A stretch of 64,000 nt of DNA from Armatimonadota bacterium (lineage in GTDB: Bacteria; Bacteroidota; Ignavibacteria; OLB7): NCBI GenBank assembly GCA_020850315.1, contig JADZEY010000020.1:21618-85617 (forward strand), read 5' to 3'. Of the stretch, positions 47,014 to 56,050 are shown in pieces. How positions within the stretch are numbered: the stretch's first letter is position 1; each line of letters starts with the position of its first letter. The notes under the pieces are model-generated. The model was not told the origin of the DNA. It ran no database searches and worked only from the letters and a program-made list of their open reading frames with translations. Made by a program: the position numbers and the translations under genes.

Positions 47014-47172
47014 AGGGGGGTGAAGGATGAAGGATGAAGGATGAAGGGTGAAGGATGAAGGGTGAAGGATGAAGAATGAAGAATGAAGAATGAAGAATGA
47101 AGAATAGTCTCTTCGCTACTGACCACTGACTACTGACCACTGACTACTGACCACTGACCACTGACTACTGAC
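46994..47172 (+). repeat. Composite heptamer repeat element (longest copy): (GAAGRRT)x~15, linker agtctcttcgct, then (ACTGACC / ACTGACT)x~9
   Basis: gaaggatgaagagtgaagagtgaaggggggtgaaggatgaaggatgaaggatgaagggtgaaggatgaagggtgaaggatgaagaatgaag(aatgaag)x4 aatagtctcttcgct actgaccactgactactgaccactgactactgaccactgaccactgactactgacc. It fills the entire hemH-hemY spacer and overlaps the hemH stop. Confidence 0.85.
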
Positions 47173-47177
47173 CCACA

Positions 47178-48536
47178 TTGCCTACCTCTCACATCATCAT
47201 CGGCGGCGGAATCTCTGGCGCGGCACTGCTCCATTACTTGGCGTTGGCCGGGAAGGATGTTTTGTTGTTGGAAAAAGGGAAACGGCTTGGCGGGGTGATT
47301 GGCACGCACCGGAACGATGCCGGAGCATTGATTGAAACCGGCCCGAACAGCACCCAAACCAGCAACCCCGATCTTCTTGATCTCATCGAATCATTAGGAT
47401 TGCGTGGCCAGATGCTGGAGGCCAACCCGATTGCCCGCAACCGCTACATCCTTCGTGATGGAAAGCTCTATCCGGTGCCAGCGTCGCCCCCAGCATTTCT
47501 CCGCTCCTCACTCTTCTCCCTGCCGGCCAAATTGCGATTGCTTCGCGAGCCGTTTATTGGCCGGGCTGCGGTTCAGGAGGAGTCGGTGGCGGAGTTCGTG
47601 CGGCGGCGGATTGGATCGGAGTTTTTGGAGTATGCCATCAACCCGTTTGTCTCGGGGGTGTATGCTGGGCGACCCGAGCGGTTATCGTTGCGGCACGCCT
47701 TCCCCAAGCTGCACAAGCTGGAAGCAGAGCACGGCAGCTTGATCCGTGGCGCAATTCGTGGCGGGCGGGCGCGGTGGCAAGCGGCGCGGCGCGGCGAAGT
47801 CCCCCGTGACCGTGCCAAGCTGGTATCCTTCCAGCAAGGGATGGAAACGCTTCCTGCGGCAATCGAGCAGCGGTGGCGCGGTCGCATCCGGTTGGGCGTT
47901 GCGGTGCAGCGTTTGCAGCGGGATGCCGACGGCTGGGTGGCTGTTTCCAACGCAGGGGATTTTCGGGTCGCAAGGGTGATACTGGCAACCGACGCAACCA
48001 CAGCGGCCACGCTGCTTCAGCCGCATCACCCGGGCGCGGCGCAGTCGTTGCGCGAAATTGAGTATCCCCCCGTTGCCGTTGCCGTCAGCCTTTATCGCCG
48101 TTCCGATATTCAGCACCCGTTGGATGGCTTCGGGATGCTGATCCCCGAAGTTGAGAAGCGAAAAATTTTAGGGGTGATCTTCTCTTCAACGCTCTTCCCG
48201 CACCGCGCACCGGAAGGGATGGTTGCCTTGACGACGTTCATCGGTGGGGCGCGCCAACCGGAGCTTCCACTGCTTGGTCAGGATCGGCTGGCTGAGCTTG
48301 TCTATGCTGAACACGCTGCGTTGCTGGGCGCGCTGGCGCCGCCATGTTCGTTCAATCTAACCGCTTGGGAGCGGGCAATCCCGCAGTACAACGTAGGCTA
48401 CGGCGGCGTGCTGGATTCCATTGCTGATGCCGAGATTGCCTTACCAGGATTGCATCTGCTGGGAAATTATCGTGGCGGCGTTTCGGTGGCCGATTGCATC
48501 CAATCGGCCCGAAATCTTGCAGCCGCAATCGCATAA
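47178..48536 (+). CDS. hemY: Protoporphyrinogen / coproporphyrinogen III oxidase (HemY family, FAD-dependent)
   Basis: N-terminal FAD dinucleotide-binding motif IIGGGISGAALLHYLA...LLLEKGKRLGGVIGT, size 452 aa, and position between hemH and hemB. The start is a TTG immediately after the repeat. Confidence 0.8.
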   Translation: MPTSHIIIGGGISGAALLHYLALAGKDVLLLEKGKRLGGVIGTHRNDAGALIETGPNSTQTSNPDLLDLIESLGLRGQMLEANPIARNRYILRDGKLYPVPASPPAFLRSSLFSLPAKLRLLREPFIGRAAVQEESVAEFVRRRIGSEFLEYAINPFVSGVYAGRPERLSLRHAFPKLHKLEAEHGSLIRGAIRGGRARWQAARRGEVPRDRAKLVSFQQGMETLPAAIEQRWRGRIRLGVAVQRLQRDADGWVAVSNAGDFRVARVILATDATTAATLLQPHHPGAAQSLREIEYPPVAVAVSLYRRSDIQHPLDGFGMLIPEVEKRKILGVIFSSTLFPHRAPEGMVALTTFIGGARQPELPLLGQDRLAELVYAEHAALLGALAPPCSFNLTAWERAIPQYNVGYGGVLDSIADAEIALPGLHLLGNYRGGVSVADCIQSARNLAAAIA

Positions 48537-48648
48537 ATCCTAACCTCACAATCACCCACAACAATCACCCACAGTTGCGGGGCCACGCGCCAGCCGCTGG
48601 GGGAAGAAAAAAAATCAATCAACAAGCAAGCAACAACCAATACCCTGC

Positions 48649-49629
48649 ATGGACCCTTTGATTGCACGCCCGCGCCGGCTGCGCCGCACCCCCGCAATGC
48701 GGGAGCTTGTGCGGGAGACCCTGCTTCACCCGGCAAACTTCATCTACCCGTTGTTCATTCTTCCGGGGAATGGGGTTCGCAACCCTGTTGGATCCATGCC
48801 GGAGGTGTTTCAACTGTCGGTGGATCAGGCATTGCAGGAGTGCGAGGAGCTTCTGGAGCTTGGGGTTCGCTCGGTGATCCTGTTCGGCATTCCCGATGCG
48901 AAGGACAGCGTGGGATCGGGGGCATATGCCAGCGATGGAATCGTGCAGCAGGCAACCCGCGCAATCAAGCAGCGGTTCCCGGAAATGCTGGTGATCGCGG
49001 ATGTTTGCTTGTGCGAGTACACCGACCACGGCCACTGCGGGCTGCTGCACGGCCAGGAAATTTTGAACGATGAAACGGTGGAGCTTCTGGTTCGCGCTGC
49101 TATCAGCCAGGCCGATGCCGGGGCAGATATTGTTGCACCGTCGGACATGATGGATGGGCGGATTGCGGCAATTCGGGAAGGGCTGGATGGCGCTGGGTTC
49201 CAAAATATCCCCGTCATGTCCTACGCTGTGAAATATGCCAGCAGTTTCTACGGCCCTTTCCGCGACGCTGCTGGTTCGGTTCCAACATTTGGCGACCGCC
49301 GCACCCACCAAATGGACCCCGCCAACTTCCGCGAAGCACTGAAAGAAGTTCAGCTTGACCTTGCCGAAGGGGCCGACATCATCATGGTGAAACCCGCCAT
49401 GCCATGCCTTGATGTAATCCGGGAAGTGAGCATCATCACGGATGTTCCGGTTGCTGCCTACCAAGTGAGCGGTGAGTACGCCATGCTTCACGCCAGCGCG
49501 GCCAACGGCTGGACTAACCTTGAACTCACCATGATGGAGTCGCTGACGGCAATCCGCCGCGCGGGCGCTTCCATCATCATCACCTACTTCGCTAAACGCG
49601 CAGCAAAACAGCTTCAGGCAAATCGCTAA
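48649..49629 (+). CDS. hemB: Porphobilinogen synthase (delta-aminolevulinate dehydratase)
   Basis: RPRRLRRTPAMRELVRET near the N-terminus, the cysteine-rich zinc site VCLCEYTDHGHCG and the active-site lysine region. Confidence 0.95.
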   Translation: MDPLIARPRRLRRTPAMRELVRETLLHPANFIYPLFILPGNGVRNPVGSMPEVFQLSVDQALQECEELLELGVRSVILFGIPDAKDSVGSGAYASDGIVQQATRAIKQRFPEMLVIADVCLCEYTDHGHCGLLHGQEILNDETVELLVRAAISQADAGADIVAPSDMMDGRIAAIREGLDGAGFQNIPVMSYAVKYASSFYGPFRDAAGSVPTFGDRRTHQMDPANFREALKEVQLDLAEGADIIMVKPAMPCLDVIREVSIITDVPVAAYQVSGEYAMLHASAANGWTNLELTMMESLTAIRRAGASIIITYFAKRAAKQLQANR

Positions 49630-49651
49630 ACCCTATCAACCAACAGACTCC

Positions 49652-50944
49652 ATGCTTGATTTCAGCCAGAGCAACGCCCTTTTCTCACGCGCCCAAAACG
49701 TCATTCCTGGCGGGGTGAACTCACCCGTCCGCGCATTCAAGGGGGTGGGGGGAACTCCACTATTTTTTGAGCGTGCCGAAGGGGCATATCTGTTTGATGC
49801 CGACGGAAACCGTTTTGTGGATTACGTCGGTTCGTGGGGGCCGTTCATCCTGGGGCATGGCCATCCTTCCGTCCGCGAAGCAATCCACCGCCAGACCGAC
49901 CTGGCCACCAGTTTCGGCGCGCCCTCGCGGCTGGAGGTGGAGCTTGCCGAACTGCTGACAGGGCTGATCCCTGGGCTGGAGTTGGTTCGGTTGGTCAGCA
50001 GCGGGACCGAGGCAACAATGTCGGCAGTGCGGGTTGCGCGTGGGTTCACCGGGCGCGAGAAGTTCATCAAGTTTGAAGGCTGCTACCACGGTCACGGCGA
50101 TTCCTTTTTGATTAAAGCTGGCAGCGGGATGTTGACCCACGGCAACCCAAGCTCGCCCGGCGTAACCAGCGGCGCGGCTGCCGACACATTGGTGGCAACG
50201 TTCAACAACATCGCTTCGGTTCGCCAGCTGTTCGATAGCAACCCGGGTGAGATTGCTGCGGTGATCATCGAGCCAGTGGCGGGAAACATGGGTGTTGTTG
50301 CCGCAACGCCGGAGTTCCTTCTGGAATTGCGGGACCTCTGCAGCAAGCATGGCACGTTGTTGATTTTTGACGAAGTGATGAGCGGTTTCCGGGTTGCGTT
50401 GCGTGGCGCGGGGTCCATCTACGGCATCACGCCAGACCTGTACACGTTCGGGAAAATCATCGGTGGTGGGTTGCCTGTGGGGGCCTACGGCGGGGCGCGT
50501 GCGGTGCTGGAGGTTGTCTCCCCGTTGGGTCCTGTCTATCAGGCCGGGACCTTAAGCGGGAATCCATTGGCGGTGGCGGCTGGGATTGCAACGTTGCGCA
50601 CATTGATAGAAAACAATCCTTACCAACAGATAGATAGTGCGGCTGTAACCATCGCCGATGCCCTGCGTGCAAGCGCGGGCCGTCACGGAATCCCCTTGCA
50701 GGTCAACCGCGTTGGTTCGATGCTGACAGCGTTTTTTGCCGCCGAACCAGTTGGTGATTACGCAAGCGCGGTGGCCAGCAGCACAGCACAGTTTGCCACG
50801 TTCTTCCATGCAATGTTGCAACGTGGGGTCTATCTGCCGCCGTCGCAGTTCGAGGCATGGTTTGTTAGCATGGCGCATGGTGATGCGGAGATTGAGCTCA
50901 CAATCCAAGCTGCCGAGCGGGCAATGCAGGAACTTGCTGGATAA
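49652..50944 (+). CDS. hemL: Glutamate-1-semialdehyde 2,1-aminomutase
   Basis: MLDFSQSNALFSRAQNVIPGGVNSPVRAF... is the canonical HemL N-terminus. The PLP-lysine region is FGKIIGGGLPVGAYGG. Confidence 0.95.
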   Translation: MLDFSQSNALFSRAQNVIPGGVNSPVRAFKGVGGTPLFFERAEGAYLFDADGNRFVDYVGSWGPFILGHGHPSVREAIHRQTDLATSFGAPSRLEVELAELLTGLIPGLELVRLVSSGTEATMSAVRVARGFTGREKFIKFEGCYHGHGDSFLIKAGSGMLTHGNPSSPGVTSGAAADTLVATFNNIASVRQLFDSNPGEIAAVIIEPVAGNMGVVAATPEFLLELRDLCSKHGTLLIFDEVMSGFRVALRGAGSIYGITPDLYTFGKIIGGGLPVGAYGGARAVLEVVSPLGPVYQAGTLSGNPLAVAAGIATLRTLIENNPYQQIDSAAVTIADALRASAGRHGIPLQVNRVGSMLTAFFAAEPVGDYASAVASSTAQFATFFHAMLQRGVYLPPSQFEAWFVSMAHGDAEIELTIQAAERAMQELAG

Positions 50945-51052
50945 CTGGGAATAACTATCAGGGGAACGCGATCCGATTCCCGGCAACTAACCGCGCCACA
51001 AGGAAGACGAAGCCCTGTTACACCTATCAGCGTATCTGACCCAAGCACTTCT

Positions 51053-51634
51053 ATGTATTTTCGCGATCCCGAGGCCATCCTCATTCCGATGAACGTTTTC
51101 AACAACGGTGTTGCCAAGCTGCTGGCAACGCCTTCCGTCTCCTTTTCGGATTCTTCTGTGACTATTCGACAACTTCAGCCGCACGACATCGTGGAGTGGC
51201 TTCGTATGCGCGAAGCATTATGGCCCCAAGAAGATGCTGCCGACATTGTTAGCGGCCTTGCCGACTATCTGCTGCCGGCCAGCCCTTGCGCTGTCTTCGT
51301 GTGCGAACCCGAGCCGGGGCGTTTGGTGGGATTTATTGAAATCGCCATCCGCAGCTACGCCGAAGGGTGCCGCACCGACCGCGTTGGATATGTGGAAGGT
51401 TGGTGGGTGGATGAAGAATATCGGCAAAACGGAGTTGGGGGAAAGCTGATGCAAGCCGCCGAAGCCTGGGCGCGCCTGCATGGATGCGACGAGATGGGGT
51501 CCGACGCTGTGGTGGAGAATTCCGGCAGCCAGCAGGCTCATCAACACCTTGGCTACCAAGTTTCCGAAACGTTAGTTCATTTCCGCAAGCCGCTAACCAG
51601 CAAGGGGGATCGGATACCGTTGGATATCCGATAG
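51053..51634 (+). CDS. GNAT-family N-acetyltransferase (AAC(6')-like)
   Basis: GNAT core ...VGYVEGWWVDEEYRQNGVGGKLMQAAEAWARLHGCDEMGSDA with an acetyl-CoA-binding Q/RxxGxG/A motif. Confidence 0.7.
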   Translation: MYFRDPEAILIPMNVFNNGVAKLLATPSVSFSDSSVTIRQLQPHDIVEWLRMREALWPQEDAADIVSGLADYLLPASPCAVFVCEPEPGRLVGFIEIAIRSYAEGCRTDRVGYVEGWWVDEEYRQNGVGGKLMQAAEAWARLHGCDEMGSDAVVENSGSQQAHQHLGYQVSETLVHFRKPLTSKGDRIPLDIR

Positions 51635-51656
51635 CCATCACCGTTCCACTATTGCC

Positions 51657-52043
51657 ATGACCGAATCGAATCCTTCAGCACCCACGTTCTTCCTCCGCTC
51701 GCAACCAGACATCCAGCAAGGGTGTGTTGACTTCCATTGGGGAAGCATGTGGTGGTTTGGCAGCCACGATTTGGGGAATACCACCGGCGTAACAATGGGG
51801 TTGATGACAATGAAACCCGCCGCCACAAACGACCGTCACTTCCACCCAAATTGCGAAGAGGTTCTCTACTTACAGCAGGGATTGCTGGAGCATCGGATTG
51901 GGGAAGAAATAGTCCGCCAGCAACCGGGTGAGTTTCTGACCATCCCCGCAAACACGCCGCACAGCAGCACCAACATTGGGGAAGAGGAGGCCAAGCTGAT
52001 TATCGCCTTCTCATCCGCTGCGCGAGAATTTATCCCCTGTTAG
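51657..52043 (+). CDS. Cupin-domain protein
   Basis: Two-motif cupin signature (...HFHPNCEEVLYLQQG... and ...PANTPHSSTNIGEE...). Confidence 0.7.
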   Translation: MTESNPSAPTFFLRSQPDIQQGCVDFHWGSMWWFGSHDLGNTTGVTMGLMTMKPAATNDRHFHPNCEEVLYLQQGLLEHRIGEEIVRQQPGEFLTIPANTPHSSTNIGEEEAKLIIAFSSAAREFIPC

Positions 52044-52102
52044 ATGTTCCCGGCCATTGAATGCTTGGAACGCTGGCAACACCAACATAACCAAGCATCT
52101 CC

Positions 52103-52813
52103 ATGCGCAACACTGCACCGATTGCTTCCCAGAAACTGTTCCTGATAGCCTTGCTTGCCGTTGCCGCAATGGCGGCCGGATGCAGCCACACCAATAATCT
52201 TGCCAAGTATCACCTGCACGGTAAGCCCGCAATGTTCCGCGCCTCCGCTTCCGGGGGCGGCTCTTCTTCGGTCAGTATCAACAACCCAACCGATAGCTGG
52301 ATTGGCGACATCGCCGCCATTGCTGGCTCGATTGCCCTAAGCTCCCAAGCACAAAAAAAATTAGAGAAGGCTATCAACCCCGATTCGCTGGCGGCCAGCT
52401 TGGCCGTTGGGGTGCGCCAGTCGGCCATTGATTACTTCCAGCTTCGCCCGCCAGTGGACCCCAGCGAAACCCCAGAGTATTTGGTGGAGATTGAGTTGAC
52501 CGACTACGCACTCCATTCCGGTACAGAAGGGGTTGCTGCGGGGGTGACAGGGGAAGTGCGGATTGTTCACATTGCCACCGGAGAGATTGTTTGGGAGAAT
52601 TGGGAGACAACAGTGATACCGCTTTGGGGAAGCTCCTCCGGTTCGGATAAGCGGGAAGTGGATGCCGCAAGCAGCGGAAGCAACGCCGTTGGGCTGTTCA
52701 ATCTGGAAGAAGAAGAAATTCGCCGCATCCTGAATGATGGCGCGTTGGCCGTTGGGCGTTATCTTGGCGACGAACTTCGCGAAGACCTTGCTGAAATGTT
52801 CGAGGAAGAATGA
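52103..52813 (+). CDS. Hypothetical lipoprotein
   Basis: Lipoprotein signal MRNTAPIASQKLFLIALLAVAAMAAGC. No family recognised. Confidence 0.5.
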   Translation: MRNTAPIASQKLFLIALLAVAAMAAGCSHTNNLAKYHLHGKPAMFRASASGGGSSSVSINNPTDSWIGDIAAIAGSIALSSQAQKKLEKAINPDSLAASLAVGVRQSAIDYFQLRPPVDPSETPEYLVEIELTDYALHSGTEGVAAGVTGEVRIVHIATGEIVWENWETTVIPLWGSSSGSDKREVDAASSGSNAVGLFNLEEEEIRRILNDGALAVGRYLGDELREDLAEMFEEE

Positions 52814-52897
52814 ATGGAGAATGGAGAATAGGTTCTTCGCTAATGACTACTGACTAATGACTAATGACCTCCTCTTGCAACTGACCACTGACTCACA
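52811..52897 (+). repeat. Composite heptamer repeat element (full copy): (GAATGGA)x2-3, linker ggttcttcgct, then (AATGACT/ACTGACT)x4 and ctgaccactgac
   Basis: tgaatggagaatggagaatagg ttcttcgct aatgactactgactaatgactaatgacc tcctcttgca actgaccactgactcac. It fills the whole spacer between the lipoprotein gene and the next gene. Confidence 0.8.
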
Positions 52898-52902
52898 ACT
52901 CA

Positions 52903-53625
52903 ATGCTGCAACGATCTTTACTACTACTGCTGCTGTTCATGCTGTGCTCGGGTGGGGTAGCGTTAGCGCAATCCACCGGTGGGGACTCACCTGACACAAG
53001 CTACATCCCCGAGCCTGCCTACCCCGATACGTTGGCCATGGAACCCGACACTGACATCACCTACGAGCCAGACTTTGTTGATGGCTACGCTTTTGGTTTG
53101 TACGCCGGGTTCACTGCCGAAAAGCCGGGATTGGATCTTGCAAAATTGGATCCGCAGCTTACTGGCACCTTGGTGATGTATGGTGGTGAGTACTCGGTGC
53201 TGATGGGGGAGTGGTACGTCAACTTCAGCACGGTTGGGTCTCATCTGTACGACCTAAGCAGTGCCTACGATAACTTCACGCTGGATTACAGCGGCTACGG
53301 AACCGGCTACGAAACCTCATTTTTCAAAAACACCTTCACCTTCCGCGCTGGTGCCGATGCGGGAACAGGAACTTTGAAGATGATAAAACGCACCAACCTT
53401 ACCGACTCCACTGGCCATGATCTGTTAGAGGATTATCGCCGCGAGGACTTCTTCTACATCCGCCCGTCGGCCAGCATTGGGGTGCCGATACTGCAAGTGT
53501 TTTTGCTTCGGTTGGCTGGTGGATACATGATGGCGTTTGGGCCAGAGCGTGTGCGCGACCTCAACAATTTCAGCTACGGCCTCCACCTTCTGTTTACGGT
53601 TCGGATGCCCACATTTCGATTCTGA
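52903..53625 (+). CDS. Secreted hypothetical protein, paralog 1 (beta-rich, possibly outer membrane)
   Basis: Signal peptide MLQRSLLLLLLFMLCSGGVALAQ, an acidic/tyrosine-rich N-terminal region, and a C-terminal region alignable to the next gene (e.g. ...MIKRTNLTDSTGHDLLEDYRREDFFYIRP... versus ...MIKKRPDIIDSTGRQILERYRDEDYFLLRP...). Confidence 0.5.
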   Translation: MLQRSLLLLLLFMLCSGGVALAQSTGGDSPDTSYIPEPAYPDTLAMEPDTDITYEPDFVDGYAFGLYAGFTAEKPGLDLAKLDPQLTGTLVMYGGEYSVLMGEWYVNFSTVGSHLYDLSSAYDNFTLDYSGYGTGYETSFFKNTFTFRAGADAGTGTLKMIKRTNLTDSTGHDLLEDYRREDFFYIRPSASIGVPILQVFLLRLAGGYMMAFGPERVRDLNNFSYGLHLLFTVRMPTFRF

Positions 53626-53693
53626 GACACTCAGCAATTCATGCACGTTCCACCGCAAATAACTGATATTAACCACACCGGAGATACATCCAG

Positions 53694-54482
53694 ATGAACC
53701 GACTTCTTCTTTCCCTTTTCACCGTTTTGGTGTGCGCTGCAATCCCAGCCGCTGCCCAGATGGACGACGGCGGCGGCGACGGCAGCAGCCAAGACGACTC
53801 CATCACCGTTGACAGCTTGTACAACGAGCCGATGGAGCCCGACACCGCCTACCAGTACAGCGACCCGTACGACAGCGGCGACCAAGGCTATGGCTACAGC
53901 GATGAAGGGGAGTACGACTACAACAGCTACGACTACGAGCCAACCTTCTTCTCCACACGCAACGGGTTGATGGTTGGCCCAACGATTCAGTTCACCGAGC
54001 TTCGCCCCAAGGATCTGGATCCTGACCTCAGCGGTGAGTTCGTCTTTTTTGGGGGGGAGATCATCGCGGCGGTGAACGGGTTTTTGCTTGGCGGCGGGTG
54101 GTCTAGCGCCACACTGTATGATTTATCGCCGAAGTATGATGAGCTATCGCTCAGTTCGGGCGGCTTCATCATCGGCTACGACCAACAGTTCTGGTACCAG
54201 AAATTCTCCATTCGCCCAACGGTGATGATTGGTGGAGGTGAGATTACCATGATCAAAAAACGCCCGGATATCATTGACTCCACTGGCCGCCAGATACTGG
54301 AGCGGTATCGCGATGAAGACTACTTCTTGCTCCGCCCAGGAATCAGCCTTGGGTTTGCCCCGAACCAATTTTTCGACATCCGCCTGACAGCCGACTACAA
54401 CTATCCAATCGGTGGTGATAAGGTGAGCGATCTGCGGAAGCTGAACTATGGGTTGGCACTGATGATTGGGCTGGGGAGATAG
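53694..54482 (+). CDS. Secreted hypothetical protein, paralog 2 (tandem duplicate of the preceding gene)
   Basis: Signal peptide MNRLLLSLFTVLVCAAIPAAAQ, a highly acidic D/Y/G/S-rich N-terminal segment and a conserved C-terminal domain shared with paralog 1. Confidence 0.5.
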   Translation: MNRLLLSLFTVLVCAAIPAAAQMDDGGGDGSSQDDSITVDSLYNEPMEPDTAYQYSDPYDSGDQGYGYSDEGEYDYNSYDYEPTFFSTRNGLMVGPTIQFTELRPKDLDPDLSGEFVFFGGEIIAAVNGFLLGGGWSSATLYDLSPKYDELSLSSGGFIIGYDQQFWYQKFSIRPTVMIGGGEITMIKKRPDIIDSTGRQILERYRDEDYFLLRPGISLGFAPNQFFDIRLTADYNYPIGGDKVSDLRKLNYGLALMIGLGR

Positions 54483-54504
54483 CTCCTATCAACAACATTC
54501 CCCA

Positions 54505-54550
54505 ACAAAAAAGCCTTCCGAACTCTCTTCGGAAGGCTTTTACTTTTTCT
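54505..54550. terminator. Bidirectional rho-independent terminator
   Basis: A6-gccttccgaa-ctctc-ttcggaaggc-ttttacttttt. It lies between paralog 2 (+) and the sugar transferase gene (-). Confidence 0.65.
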
Positions 54551-54570
54551 ACATCTGTGATTCCCTTTTT

Positions 54571-55371
54571 TCACCACGCCCCTTGCCGGCGGAAGACAAC
54601 AGCAAGCGTTTTAATTAGGATGATACAATCGCTCCATAACGTTTGCTTGCGGATATACTGCATATCCAACATCACCCGCTCATGGAATCCCAGCATATTC
54701 CTTCCGCTGATCTGCCACAACCCAGAGATGCCAGGGCGAACCAGTTCATAAATCTGAAGATTATGGCCGTAGTCTTCGATTTCACGGGGAAGAATCGGGC
54801 GCGGGCCAACAAGGCTCATGGTTCCTTGCAGAACATTCAGCAGTTGGGGAAGTTCATCAAGGCTGGTGCGGCGAAGGAAGTTTCCAACGGTAGTTACGCG
54901 GGGGTCTTGGCGCAGCTTCCGGTAGGTGTTCCATTGGTGCTGGGCGGTGGGATTTTCGCGCAGGTAGTGGCGCAGCATATCGTCCGAGTTGTGGTACATC
55001 GAACGGAACTTATACATCCCGAAGATGCCGCCACCTTCCCCAATCCGTTTTTGCCGGAAGAGGATGGGGCCCGGTGAGTCAATCTTGATTGCAATGGCGA
55101 TAATCGCCATGGCCGGAAGAATGACCGGCATCAACAGCAGTGTGATGGCAAGATCAAACGCCCGTTTCACAACTTGCTGGAATGGGGTAAGCACCGGCTG
55201 AAACGCCAGATGGATGATGGGCTCTGAGCGGTGAATCGGCTCCGTTGTGGAAACACTGATTCCGTCAGTAGTTCGGTTAACCCGAAAATCGTAATCACGG
55301 GGCAATGTTGCGGCGGTTGCTTGCAATGGTTGCCGGCGGTACGTCTTTTGGTGCGTGCTTTCGATATTCAA
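54571..55371 (-). CDS. Undecaprenyl-phosphate sugar phosphotransferase (bacterial sugar transferase, WbaP/WcaJ C-terminal-domain type)
   Basis: ...[57 protein letters not shown]...[22 protein letters not shown]... is the diagnostic motif set of this family. Confidence 0.85.
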   Translation of the reverse strand: MNIESTHQKTYRRQPLQATAATLPRDYDFRVNRTTDGISVSTTEPIHRSEPIIHLAFQPVLTPFQQVVKRAFDLAITLLLMPVILPAMAIIAIAIKIDSPGPILFRQKRIGEGGGIFGMYKFRSMYHNSDDMLRHYLRENPTAQHQWNTYRKLRQDPRVTTVGNFLRRTSLDELPQLLNVLQGTMSLVGPRPILPREIEDYGHNLQIYELVRPGISGLWQISGRNMLGFHERVMLDMQYIRKQTLWSDCIILIKTLAVVFRRQGAW

Positions 55372-56050
55372 AACCGTGCCGAAGTCGTTGAATGGGAGTT
55401 ACACAAGCGACAATGCCCGCTTGGACACTGGTCACGATGTACATTGCTCCGATAGGCGTGCTCACAAAAAATGGTTGGAAAGGACATCTTCAGTCACGGC
55501 ACTACTGCACCGGTGCTGATTCTGGACATGCTTGCGGAAATCCCCCACAGATAGAATGGAATCGCGAGGACTACCCCCGCACAACCCGAAACTGTGTGAA
55601 ATTGGGAATTTCATGCGGAAGAGCCGTACCAAATATATTTCTGAAGATTTCCTTCTGAATAATGAATTGCCTGCCGGAATCAAGCACAGTTTCGACTCTG
55701 CTGCCGAAGTATGCTTGGTGGCACAGCAATCTTTCCGTAACCAACAACAGGCGGTTGCCCGTGGTGTGTGATTCCAAGATTCCTAATCCCCTTGTTGGCC
55801 TGTGCAATCACAAATGCCGCGCAATTTAGGAAGGATTGCCCTTCCAATCGTTGGCTATTGCACAATTTTTATTGCTGTCCCGCTACTGAAATGCAGAACG
55901 ACCCGAAAAGTTTCGTGGCGGATTGTGTGCGTTGTTGGCACCGGTGGCCGCAGCAATGCCCGCAAAATACACAGGAACGCCACCAAGCCAACCCCCGTAA
56001 CCGAAGAATACCAAAGCATTCTGCAACGCTTGCCCACTATCTTTGCCCCC

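Noticed and set aside
45844-47172. Whether the heptamer arrays are a CRISPR array
   Set aside because: The units are 7 bp with no intervening unique spacers. A CRISPR array needs repeats of about 24-48 bp separated by spacers of similar length. No cas genes are present.
46842-47357. Minus-strand ORFs (94, 63 and 75 aa) across the hemH-hemY spacer
   Set aside because: They are translations of the heptamer repeat arrays (FILHSS.../VSGQWSVV... periodic peptides), not genes.
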